DNA of 64,000 nucleotides, taken from contig JACPOQ010000028.1 in assembly GCA_016191435.1 (NCBI GenBank), positions 241,155 to 305,154 of the forward strand. The letters run 5' to 3'. Of this stretch, positions 56,098-64,000 are shown piece by piece; within the stretch, counting starts at the first letter, position 1, and every line of letters begins with the position of its first letter. The DNA is from Chloroflexota bacterium (GTDB lineage: Bacteria; Chloroflexota; Dehalococcoidia; Tepidiformales; Tepidiformaceae). A program made the position numbers and the translations under genes. The notes under the pieces are model-generated. The model did no database searches, was not told the DNA's origin, and saw only the letters and a program-made list of their open reading frames with translations.

Positions 56098-57123
56098 TTA
56101 GACGGCGCGGTCGACAAGGTAGCGGGCGATATCGCGCAGGAGCTCGTACTCGTCCGCGGGCAGTCCCAAGCTTTCGAGCAGTTGGTCCGCGCTATCCGCG
56201 AACGCGCGTGCGTAGTCCCGGCAGGCGCGGTCGGCCTGCACTTGTTCGAGTTCCCGGACCACGTCTGCCACTTTCTCCGCCCCCACGTCGCCCGCGCCCG
56301 CCTGCGCCGCGAGGATGGCGTCGCGGCTGGCCGGGTGCCCGAGGCCGTGGATGATCGGGAGGGTCTTCTTCCGGCGGGCGATGTCGTTGCTATTGGATTT
56401 CCCGGTCTGGGTGGGGTCACCCCAGATGCCGAGGTAGTCATCCTGCACCTGGAAGGCGAGGCCAACCTGAGCGCCCCAGAGGCCCAGCGCCGCGGCGCGC
56501 GGCGCATCCGCCCCGGCCATGAGCGCACCCATCTCGAGCGGCGCCCCGAGTAGCGCGCCGGTCTTGCCCGCGACCATCGCCAGGTAGTCGTCGACCGTTA
56601 CGTCCGTGCGCTGTTCGAAGGCGATGTCGTCCCACTGGCCGGCGATCATGCGGGCGATAGCGCGGTTGAGGACGCCGAGCGCGCGCATGCGGCGGTCGTC
56701 GTGCCCGGCGGCATCGGTGAGCGCCTGGATGGCGCGGGTGTAGAGGAAGTCACCGGCGTTAATCGCCTGCCCTTCGCCCAGCAACGCCCAGAGCGTGGGC
56801 CGGTGATGGCGCTCGGTGTCGTGGTCCTGCACCTCGTCGTGGACGAGCGAGAAGTTGTGCACGAGCTCGACTGCGACGGCGGCGGGCAGAGCGTCCGCGG
56901 CGGGCGCACCAAAGACCTCGGCGGCGAGCAGGCAGAGCGCGGGACGGATCCGCTTGCCGGCGTTGGCCGCGGGGCGCCCGGCCGCGTCCTGCCAGCCCAT
57001 GACGTAGCGGGCCGCGCTGGCGAGCGGCGCCGGCTCGTGCCCGATGGCCCGCTCGAGGGCGGCTTCGAGCATGGCGCGGTGCTTCGCGAGGACGGCCGGA
57101 GCACTCAGGACGGAGCTCGACAT
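56098..57123 (-). CDS. Polyprenyl diphosphate synthase (IspA/IdsA-like)
   Basis: LVHDEVQDHDTERHHRPT (first Asp-rich motif, variant), FQVQDDYLGIWGD (second motif), GKSNSNDIARRKKT. Lies immediately downstream of dxs. Confidence 0.88.
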   Translation of the reverse strand: MSSSVLSAPAVLAKHRAMLEAALERAIGHEPAPLASAARYVMGWQDAAGRPAANAGKRIRPALCLLAAEVFGAPAADALPAAVAVELVHNFSLVHDEVQDHDTERHHRPTLWALLGEGQAINAGDFLYTRAIQALTDAAGHDDRRMRALGVLNRAIARMIAGQWDDIAFEQRTDVTVDDYLAMVAGKTGALLGAPLEMGALMAGADAPRAAALGLWGAQVGLAFQVQDDYLGIWGDPTQTGKSNSNDIARRKKTLPIIHGLGHPASRDAILAAQAGAGDVGAEKVADVVRELEQVQADRACRDYARAFADSADQLLESLGLPADEYELLRDIARYLVDRAV

Positions 57124-57130
57124 GCGTACC

Positions 57131-59059
57131 TCAGGCGGGCGCGAGTACCGGGTCTGCGGGCGGGGACGGCTGCCGCACCTCCAGCGAAAGTGCCGCTTCC
57201 GCCCGGGAGGCGATACCGGCGCCATCCAGCTCATACAGCGTACGGAAGACAGCCTGCGGCCCGTGATCGACGATTTTGTCGGGCATGGTGAGCATGAGCA
57301 GCATCCTATCGGCCAGGCCATGCTCCGCGAGCAGCGCCAGCACGGCCTCGCCGAAGCCGCCCGCGCGGACATTCTCCTCGGCGGTGACGATGCCGCCGGT
57401 CTCGCGGGCCACGCGCAGAATCAGGTCCTCGTCCAGCGGCTTCGCGAAGCGCGCGTTGACGACAGTTGCGGCGATGCCCCGCTCGTCCAGTATGGTGGCC
57501 GCCTTCAGGCACTCCGTGACCGTGGCACCGAAGCCGATAAGCGCCACGTCCGCACCTTCGCGCAGCACCTCGCCGCTGCCGATGGCGATCTCGCGCATTG
57601 GCAAGTCGGCCGGCGCGCCCGGCCCCGTACCGCGCGGGAAGCGCACAGCAAACGGCCCGTCGTGGTGGATGCCGGTGTAGAGCAGGTCGCGGAGCTCGCG
57701 CTCGTCCTTCGGCGCCGCCACCACCATATTCGGAAGGCAACGCAGGTAGCTCGTGTCGATGAAGCCCTGGTGCGTCTTGCCGTCGTCGCCGACGAAGCCC
57801 GCACGGTCGATGGCGAACACCACCGGCAGGTTCTGGACCACGACATCGTGGACGACTGAATCGAAGCCGCGCTGAAGGAAGGTGGAGTAGATGGCGGCGA
57901 TGGGCCGGATGCCCTGGGTGGCAAGCCCGGCGGCGAAGGTGACGGCGTGCTGCTCCGAGATGGCGACGTCGAACACGCGGTCCGGGTGTTTCTTGTGTAC
58001 GGGCGCGAGGCCCGTGCCCTCGAGCATGGCGGCGGTAATCGCCACCACGCGGGAGTCCTGCTCGATGAGCTCCTGGGTCGCCTGCGCGAACACCTGGCTG
58101 TAGGTGGGGAGCGGCAGGGCCGCGCCCACTTCCGCGGGCTTTTTCATCCAGTACGTGCCGCTATGGCTCTTGATCGGATCCGCCGCGGCCTCGGGCACAC
58201 CATGCCCCTTTTCCGTGAGAATGTGGAGCAGTACCGGCTTGCCGCGAACCTTTTTGATCTGCGCGAGCGTGGTCTCGAGCTCGTGCAGGTCGTGCCCATC
58301 AATAGGCCCGTAGTATTCGAACCCGAACTGCTCCCAGAAGCTGGCCGGGACGAGCAGGTCCCGCATGCTCGCCTTCACGCGTTTGGCCGCGCCCCATGCC
58401 TGCCGCCCGAGCGGTAGGTGTTCGACCACGCTGCCGATCTCACGCTTCGCCTTGCGGTAGAGCGGGTCGATGCGGAGCTTGTTCACGTTGCGGCTGAGGG
58501 CGCCAACGTTCGGCGAGATCGACATGGCGTTGTCGTTGAGGATGACGATGAGGTCTTCGCGGAGGTGGCCCGCGTGGTTCATCGCCTCCAGGGCCATGCC
58601 AGCCGTCATGGCGCCGTCGCCGATAACGGCCACGACGTGGAATTCCTCGCCCTTGAGGTCGCGGGCGACAGCCATGCCGAGCGCCGCGGAGATCGACGTG
58701 CCGGCATGGCCGGCGCCGAAGGCATCGTGCTCGCTCTCCTGGCGGTCGGCAAAGCCCGAAAGCCCGCCGAACTGGCGGATGGTCCCCATGCGGTCGCGCC
58801 GGCCCGTGAGCATCTTGTGGACGTAAATCTGGTGACTCACGTCCCAGATGATCTTGTCCTTCGGGGTTTCGAAGAGCCGGTGCAGGACGATGGAGAGTTC
58901 GACCACGCCAAGGTTGGACGCGAGGTGCCCGCCTCCGCCGATGCAGTGCACCGTATCGACGAGCGAGGCGCGGATCTCGGCGGCGAGTGCGCGAAGTTGG
59001 TCGCCGGACAGCTTTCGGAGGTCGGCGGGGCTCTCAATCTGTTCCAGCAGTCCGGTCAA
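57131..59059 (-). CDS. dxs: 1-deoxy-D-xylulose-5-phosphate synthase
   Basis: GHAGTSISAALGMA, IGDGAMTAGMALEAMNHAG. TTG start with GAAGGAG 7 nt upstream. Confidence 0.96.
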   Translation of the reverse strand: MTGLLEQIESPADLRKLSGDQLRALAAEIRASLVDTVHCIGGGGHLASNLGVVELSIVLHRLFETPKDKIIWDVSHQIYVHKMLTGRRDRMGTIRQFGGLSGFADRQESEHDAFGAGHAGTSISAALGMAVARDLKGEEFHVVAVIGDGAMTAGMALEAMNHAGHLREDLIVILNDNAMSISPNVGALSRNVNKLRIDPLYRKAKREIGSVVEHLPLGRQAWGAAKRVKASMRDLLVPASFWEQFGFEYYGPIDGHDLHELETTLAQIKKVRGKPVLLHILTEKGHGVPEAAADPIKSHSGTYWMKKPAEVGAALPLPTYSQVFAQATQELIEQDSRVVAITAAMLEGTGLAPVHKKHPDRVFDVAISEQHAVTFAAGLATQGIRPIAAIYSTFLQRGFDSVVHDVVVQNLPVVFAIDRAGFVGDDGKTHQGFIDTSYLRCLPNMVVAAPKDERELRDLLYTGIHHDGPFAVRFPRGTGPGAPADLPMREIAIGSGEVLREGADVALIGFGATVTECLKAATILDERGIAATVVNARFAKPLDEDLILRVARETGGIVTAEENVRAGGFGEAVLALLAEHGLADRMLLMLTMPDKIVDHGPQAVFRTLYELDGAGIASRAEAALSLEVRQPSPPADPVLAPA

Positions 59060-59247
59060 AAGGTACTCCTTCGTCGTCAGTCAGGATAACGCACGGACGA
59101 GGTACGGCTCCGTGTGGAGGCTTACCCACCGCCGCGCTTGAGCCACGCCGGCACCGTACGGGCCGCACTCCGGACGAGCAATGCCGGCGCCGTTGCAGCC
59201 GTCAAGACAGGGTGCAACGAGCTGACGCGGCGCCGTCGCTCTCGGTT

Positions 59248-60465
59248 TCAGGCATGGCCGAGCACCCAGCGCTCGGAGGGCTGGGCCGCGGGCTCATCGG
59301 TTGCAATGGGGAGCCGGAGCGTGAACGACGATCCGGCCCCGGGGGTCGAGTCGACGCTCACCGAGCCGTTCATGCTGTGCATCAGCTCTTTGACAATCGA
59401 GAGTCCGAGCCCTATCCCGCCCTCGCGCCGGCTGCGGCCCTTATCGACGCGGTAGAAGCGATCGAAGATGAGCGCGAGCTGTTCGGGTTCGATGCCGGGC
59501 CCGGTATCGGCGACCTTGAGCAGCACATCGCCGCCCTGCCGCGTGGCCGCGATGGTGACGTGCGCTCCTTCGCCGGAATACTTGATGGCGTTGTCTGTGA
59601 GGTTGAAGACGCAGCGGTACAGCAGGTCCATGTTCGCGGTCGCTTCGAGCGTGGTGTCGCCTTCGGTGGCAAGGCTGACGCCCTTGGCGGCCGCCAGCGG
59701 GCCGAGCTCGCGGATCACCTGGCGCCCGAGGCCCACGAGCGGCACGGGTTCGAGCAGCGGGTCTTCGCGCTCGTTGGTGGTGAGCAGCAGCAGGTCCTCG
59801 CTCAGGCGCGTGAGCCGGGCCGTCTGCGTCTTCACCGTTTCCAGCAGGCGGCGATACTCCTCGGCGCTCACATCCGGGTCCATCTCGGTCACTTCGATGT
59901 TGGTGCGGATGGCGGCCAGCGGGGTACGGAGTTCGTGCGACGCGTCCTGGACGAACTGCCGCTGCTGGTCGAACGAGTGCTCCAGGCGGTCGACCATCGA
60001 ATCGAACGTGTCGGACAGGGCCTTGAGTTCGTCGTCCGGGCCCTGGCGATTGATGCGGCGGCTCAAATTGGTGACGCCGATCTCCGAGGCTACCTGGGTG
60101 ATCTCGCGCACCGGCTGCAGCATCATGCCGGAGAGGACGTAGCCGCCGACGCCGGACGCCATGGCCAGCCCGACGACGGCGATGATCGACCAGTTCCGTA
60201 ACCGGTCCATGTTGGTCGAGAAGATCTGGTTCTCGGTTTGCTTGAGGCTGTAGGTCGTGACGGGCGAGAGGCCGGTGGTCGCCTGGCCTGGCCCGCTGCG
60301 GATGGGCACGTAGGTGATCGTCGGGTCTTCGAGTGTGAGGATATCTGGCTGATCGAGGCGCACGGCGATGTTTAGCGCCACGACGAACGCCACGCCAAAG
60401 ACCAGCAGGAGTCCGGAATACCACACCGTCAGCCGGAACCTGACGGTGTGAGTGAACGTTGGCAT
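59248..60465 (-). CDS. Sensor histidine kinase (2 TM, HAMP, HisKA, HATPase_c)
   Basis: H-box SHELRTPLAAI, N-box NAIKYS, DTGPGI, GIGLGLSIV. Confidence 0.9.
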   Translation of the reverse strand: MPTFTHTVRFRLTVWYSGLLLVFGVAFVVALNIAVRLDQPDILTLEDPTITYVPIRSGPGQATTGLSPVTTYSLKQTENQIFSTNMDRLRNWSIIAVVGLAMASGVGGYVLSGMMLQPVREITQVASEIGVTNLSRRINRQGPDDELKALSDTFDSMVDRLEHSFDQQRQFVQDASHELRTPLAAIRTNIEVTEMDPDVSAEEYRRLLETVKTQTARLTRLSEDLLLLTTNEREDPLLEPVPLVGLGRQVIRELGPLAAAKGVSLATEGDTTLEATANMDLLYRCVFNLTDNAIKYSGEGAHVTIAATRQGGDVLLKVADTGPGIEPEQLALIFDRFYRVDKGRSRREGGIGLGLSIVKELMHSMNGSVSVDSTPGAGSSFTLRLPIATDEPAAQPSERWVLGHA

Positions 60466-60472
60466 GCGCACG

Positions 60473-61135
60473 CTAGAGGACGTAGCCCTTCCCCCGGATG
60501 GTCTCAATGAGCTGCTCATCGAAGCCCTCATTGAGTTTGCGGCGCAGATTGTTCATGTGCACCTTCACGGTCTGGGTGAAGGGGTTCGCATGCTCATCCC
60601 AGATGTGCTCGAGGAGCTCTTCCTGCGGGACCGCGCGGCCTTCGTTCCGTGCGAGGTAGTAGACGAGCGCGAACTCTTTCGGCGTCAGGTGGATATCGCG
60701 GCCGTCGCGGCGGGCACGGTTGGTGTTCGGGTCCAGCTCAAGACCGCGCGTGTTCAGCACGGGCTCCCGGAGACCGCCCTCGCGGCGGGTGACCGCGCGG
60801 ATGCGCGCGAGCAGTTCGCTGAAGGCGAACGGCTTGACCAGGTAATCGTCGGCCCCCTGGTCCAGGCCTTCGATGCGGTCGCGGATGGCGCTGCGTGCGG
60901 TCAGCATAATGATGCCGCCGGCGAAGCGGTCTTCCCGCAGCCGCCGGCAGACCTCCAGCCCGTCCATGCGCGGCAGGTTGAGGTCCAGGCAGACCACATC
61001 GTAGTTGTTGACGCTGGCCTTCTCGATGGCGGCCTGGCCATCGTAGGCGACATCGACGGCGTAGCCCTTCGTCGTGAGGCCACGTTCGATCGCGCTTGCG
61101 ATCGGCTCTTCATCCTCGACGACTAGAACTCTCAT
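60473..61135 (-). CDS. OmpR-family response regulator
   Basis: MRVLVVEDEEP, DVVCLDLNLPRMDG. Winged-helix C-terminus LTPKEFALVYYLARN...IRGKGYVL. Confidence 0.93.
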   Translation of the reverse strand: MRVLVVEDEEPIASAIERGLTTKGYAVDVAYDGQAAIEKASVNNYDVVCLDLNLPRMDGLEVCRRLREDRFAGGIIMLTARSAIRDRIEGLDQGADDYLVKPFAFSELLARIRAVTRREGGLREPVLNTRGLELDPNTNRARRDGRDIHLTPKEFALVYYLARNEGRAVPQEELLEHIWDEHANPFTQTVKVHMNNLRRKLNEGFDEQLIETIRGKGYVL

Positions 61136-61245
61136 TGCCAACACATCCCTGCTTCAAACTCTTGACCAACGTATCCCCTGTGTTGCGAAGCGAAGGTAAA
61201 GGAACTTCCGCCGGCGTCTCAGCCGCGCATCGATGGTGACGCGCT

Positions 61246-62604
61246 TCAGGCACGCACGGTGAGCGCCGGGGGTTCGATTTCCACCACCCTCTGGACGGCG
61301 TGGCGAAGGGTGATGTCGCGGGTGTTGTCGGCTTTCAGCTGACGGATCAGGAACTCGAACTTCGTCTGCAGCGCATCGCCGAGGCCCGCGCGGATGTCGG
61401 CAGGGATGTCCCACGTCTGCTGCTTGAACGGGCCCCACGCCTTCTTGCGGGTCTTGTAGAAGAATTGCACGTCGGTTTCGCCGCTGGAGCGCTCACTCGC
61501 AAGGTCGCGGTCGGCGTAGGCGTGCATCTCGCGGAGAAGGTCCGCAGGGAAGCGCGGGTCGTCCATGAGCATGTTCTGGAAGCCTGTCGCGAGGTGGATC
61601 TCGGCGGTCTCCACCTCGGGGAAGCGGTGGAACAGCTCGTCCGGGAGCGTGCTTGCGCCGTGCTGGACCGCACCCGCCATGCCATAGCGCTCGCGGCCCA
61701 CCCGCGACATTTCGCGCAGCGTGTCGAAATCGATGGCGACCCTGGCGATGCTGCCATCGGGCAGCGGGATACCACCGTGGCTCGTGCCCGTCTGCACGCT
61801 GACTTTGGAAATGCCGGTGAAATCGGCCCCGACCAGCTCGTGGAAACCGTCGACGTACGCGGTCAGTTCCTCAACGGTACTGTTGCTCTTGCCCACTTCG
61901 CCGATTTCGCCGCCGATGGAGACGGTTACACCGGCCGGCTCGAGTTCGCGAATGAGTTTCGCCAGGCGCGCTGTCAACCGCGCGTTCGGCGCCTGCTGGT
62001 CGGCCACGCGCTCGAAACTCAGGTCGACGATGGTGGAGGCGTCGATATCGATGCAGTAGAACTGGGCGGCGATCGCCTGCCGGATGAGGTCTTCGAGCGC
62101 TTTCGTCTCCGCTTCGGGCTCGCTGGCGAACTTCTTCGCGTTGGCCTGGAAGTGGTCGCCCTGGATAAACACGGGCCCGGAGTAATCCTCCGCGATGGCG
62201 GCGGCCAGCACGACCGCGGCGAGCTCGGAGGGATCCTGGAACGTATAACCCATCTCCGAGCGAGCGAGTTCGAAGACGGTCGCCGCGGCGCCGGTCGCTT
62301 TCATCGCCCGAAAGAGCGCGCGAGACATATCGAAGGCCATGCCGCGGATGTTTACGGCAGGCACCGTGAAGCCGCTCACTTCCCCACGCCCGCGGGCAGC
62401 ATAGAGACCGGCGATGGAGGATGGCACCGCGCCCAGTTGCGGGGCCGCGGCATGGATGGCAAATCGGGCGAGTGCCTTCTCTTCGGCGTTGCCGAACACC
62501 GCGAGGCGCGTAATGGCTTCGATGTCGCTGCGCACGAGCGTTGCATCGCGGAGCTGTGGGCGGCGCCCGGAGGCATCGATGATGGCGGCTAGCGTGCTGT
62601 TCAT
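61246..62604 (-). CDS. Class II fructose/ketose-bisphosphate aldolase family protein (long form)
   Basis: FTVPAVNIRG, FIQGDHFQ, GGEIGEVG, VQTGTSHGG, VQHGAS. ATG 62604 (alternative 62646). Confidence 0.8.
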   Translation of the reverse strand: MNSTLAAIIDASGRRPQLRDATLVRSDIEAITRLAVFGNAEEKALARFAIHAAAPQLGAVPSSIAGLYAARGRGEVSGFTVPAVNIRGMAFDMSRALFRAMKATGAAATVFELARSEMGYTFQDPSELAAVVLAAAIAEDYSGPVFIQGDHFQANAKKFASEPEAETKALEDLIRQAIAAQFYCIDIDASTIVDLSFERVADQQAPNARLTARLAKLIRELEPAGVTVSIGGEIGEVGKSNSTVEELTAYVDGFHELVGADFTGISKVSVQTGTSHGGIPLPDGSIARVAIDFDTLREMSRVGRERYGMAGAVQHGASTLPDELFHRFPEVETAEIHLATGFQNMLMDDPRFPADLLREMHAYADRDLASERSSGETDVQFFYKTRKKAWGPFKQQTWDIPADIRAGLGDALQTKFEFLIRQLKADNTRDITLRHAVQRVVEIEPPALTVRA

Positions 62605-62714
62605 GGCAGGAAGTTTACCACGGGGGGCCAGCGGCGAATTGGCCAACGTGCTATCGCCGGGAGCGATTGGTGTGGCGGCGCCGGTCCGGGGCTTGCGGGA
62701 AAGGACATCGCCGT

Positions 62715-62731
62715 ATACGACAGGGGGGTAT
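62715..62731. promoter_or_regulatory. Candidate CsoR/RcnR-type operator (ATAC-N9-GTAT around a G6 tract)
   Basis: atacgacaggggggtat lies 20 nt upstream of the repressor's putative TTG start. It resembles the G/C-tract operators with AT-rich inverted ends known for this family, but one half is degenerate. Confidence 0.3.
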
Positions 62732-62750
62732 CCTATACAGCAGGTCCCGC

Positions 62751-63050
62751 TTGACTCCTGAGACCCAACGGCAGGCGCTCCGCCGGCTGAAAATCATCGC
62801 CGGACAGGTGCAGGCGCTCGAAAAGCAGATCGAAGAAGACCGGTACTGCATGGATGTGCTGGGCCTGTCGCTCTCGGTGCAGAAGGCGCTGCGCAGCCTG
62901 GATGGCCTCGTCATCGAGGGCCACCTGCGGACGCACGGAAGCTCCATTACGGCCAACCGCGGCCCGCTCACCGCGATGGGGCTCTCCGCCGCAGTGCTGC
63001 TCCTGCCGCTCGTCATCTTCACCGGCATCGACCGCAATTGGTACGCATAG
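62751..63050 (+). CDS. CsoR/RcnR/FrmR-family metal-sensing repressor-like protein with hydrophobic C-terminal tail
   Basis: ALRRLKIIAGQVQALEKQIEEDRYCMDVL...GHLRTH. TTG start chosen so that the candidate operator stays upstream. Start uncertain. Confidence 0.55.
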   Translation: MTPETQRQALRRLKIIAGQVQALEKQIEEDRYCMDVLGLSLSVQKALRSLDGLVIEGHLRTHGSSITANRGPLTAMGLSAAVLLLPLVIFTGIDRNWYA

Positions 63051-63111
63051 GGAGAGGGTGCGCCCGGCGGCAGCCTTCGTTCCTGCCGCTCCCCGCGGGT
63101 ACCCTGAGCGG

Positions 63112-64000
63112 ATGGAGTGCCCGCAGCAGCCACCCATCGACCTGGTCTCGCGTCTGGAGCGGATCGCCGGGCGGCCCGTCGCGAGCGCGCGCAAGGCCAC
63201 GGGTGGCTACACCCATGCCGAACGCTGGATCGTGACGTTCAGCGGCGGGTCGACGGCGTTCGCGAAGAGCGCCCATGACCTCCCGCAATCGCCTGCCGCG
63301 CGCTGGCTTCGGCAGGAGTTCGCCGCGTACGGCGCTATCTCGGCCGAGTTTATGCCGCGCCTGCTTGGCTGGGACGACGACGGCGAACGTCCGGTCCTTC
63401 TGCTGGAGGACCTGAGCCGCGCGACGTGGCCTCCGCCCTGGACGCCGGAACTCGTGCGGATGGTGTGGGATGGGCTCGATGAGGTCGCCGCTACCCCACC
63501 CCCGGACTTGGCCCGGGACCTCGAGGCGAGGACGCGTGCCCTGCTCTCCGGCTGGGAGCGTATCCGCGTAGACCCGGCGCCGTTTCTCGGGCTCCGGTTA
63601 TGCAGCGAGATGTGGCTCCAGCGATCGATCGATACCCTGATCGCCGCCGCCGGCGCCGCCCGCCTCGCCGGCGACGCCCTCGTCCACTCCGACACGCGAA
63701 GCGACAACCTTTGCATTGCCCGCGGCCCCGGAGGACGGCCGCAGCTGAAGCTTGTCGATTGGAACCTCGCGTCGCGCGGCAACCGGGACTTCGACCGCCT
63801 TTCGTGGCTCCCGAGCTTGCATGCCGAGGGCGGACCGGCGCCATGGGAGCTGGCTCCGGACTCAAAGGGGATGTCGGCCCTCCTGGCCGGGTACTTCGCG
63901 GCACAGGCGGGGCTGCCGCTGATCCCGACGGCGCCACGGGTGCGCGTGGTGCAGCTGTTGCAGCTGCGATCGGCGTTGCCGTGGGCCGTCCGCGAGCTGG
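63112..64000 (+). CDS. Aminoglycoside/choline-kinase-like phosphotransferase (APH family), 3' end outside the window
   Basis: My translation from ATG 63112: ...LLLEDLS..., LVHSDTRSDNLCI (HxDxxxxN catalytic loop), LVDWNLASRGN (DW motif). Open to the window edge. Confidence 0.65.
   Translation, partial: MECPQQPPIDLVSRLERIAGRPVASARKATGGYTHAERWIVTFSGGSTAFAKSAHDLPQSPAARWLRQEFAAYGAISAEFMPRLLGWDDDGERPVLLLEDLSRATWPPPWTPELVRMVWDGLDEVAATPPPDLARDLEARTRALLSGWERIRVDPAPFLGLRLCSEMWLQRSIDTLIAAAGAARLAGDALVHSDTRSDNLCIARGPGGRPQLKLVDWNLASRGNRDFDRLSWLPSLHAEGGPAPWELAPDSKGMSALLAGYFAAQAGLPLIPTAPRVRVVQLLQLRSALPWAVREL

Noticed and set aside
59060-59247. Regulatory RNA or terminator between the histidine kinase and dxs
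   Set aside because: There is one imperfect hairpin (gttgcaccc...ggctgcaac on the minus strand) without a U-tract and a weak TTGACG-N17-ATTGCT. Nothing is distinctive enough to report.

Overview
GC-rich (by eye about two-thirds G+C) bacterial chromosomal segment. It is densely coding, with about 55 CDS and gaps mostly under 100 bp. I saw no rRNA, tRNA, CRISPR array, transposase or integrase. Most long ORFs in the six-frame track are antisense or out-of-frame shadows typical of high-GC DNA. Strand and start calls were made from recognisable protein motifs, GC3 and start-codon/RBS context.

Core content:
- argS
- a same-strand array argC-argJ-argB-ppk1-argD-nitrilase-SdpI-like-dapF
- ctaA/ctaB
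- ilvD
- gltBD
- ispA-like prenyl synthase plus dxs
- an OmpR-type two-component pair
- a class II aldolase
- a thiolase/DUF35 pair

Accessory content:
- three MacB/FtsX-type ABC systems built on giant (1129-1147 aa) double-FtsX permeases
- a tandem pair of Uma2 (PD-(D/E)XK) genes
- an alpha/beta-hydrolase-LuxR fusion
- two VAO/GlcD-type flavoenzymes, one translationally coupled to a UbiA prenyltransferase
- an RcnR/CsoR-like repressor
- several DUF proteins

I do not see a clear-cut new defence or mobile system. The best candidates for something undescribed are:
1. the back-to-back paralogous giant permeases that share one pair of non-identical ATPases and carry lectin-like inserts
2. the third permease, which has a polytopic central insertion
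3. the apparently non-catalytic hydrolase-LuxR one-component regulator
4. a structured repeat element between the MBL and thiolase genes
5. the mosaic Uma2 duplication

The gene families plus GC content fit a Chloroflexota- or Actinomycetota-like organism. That placement is inference only.
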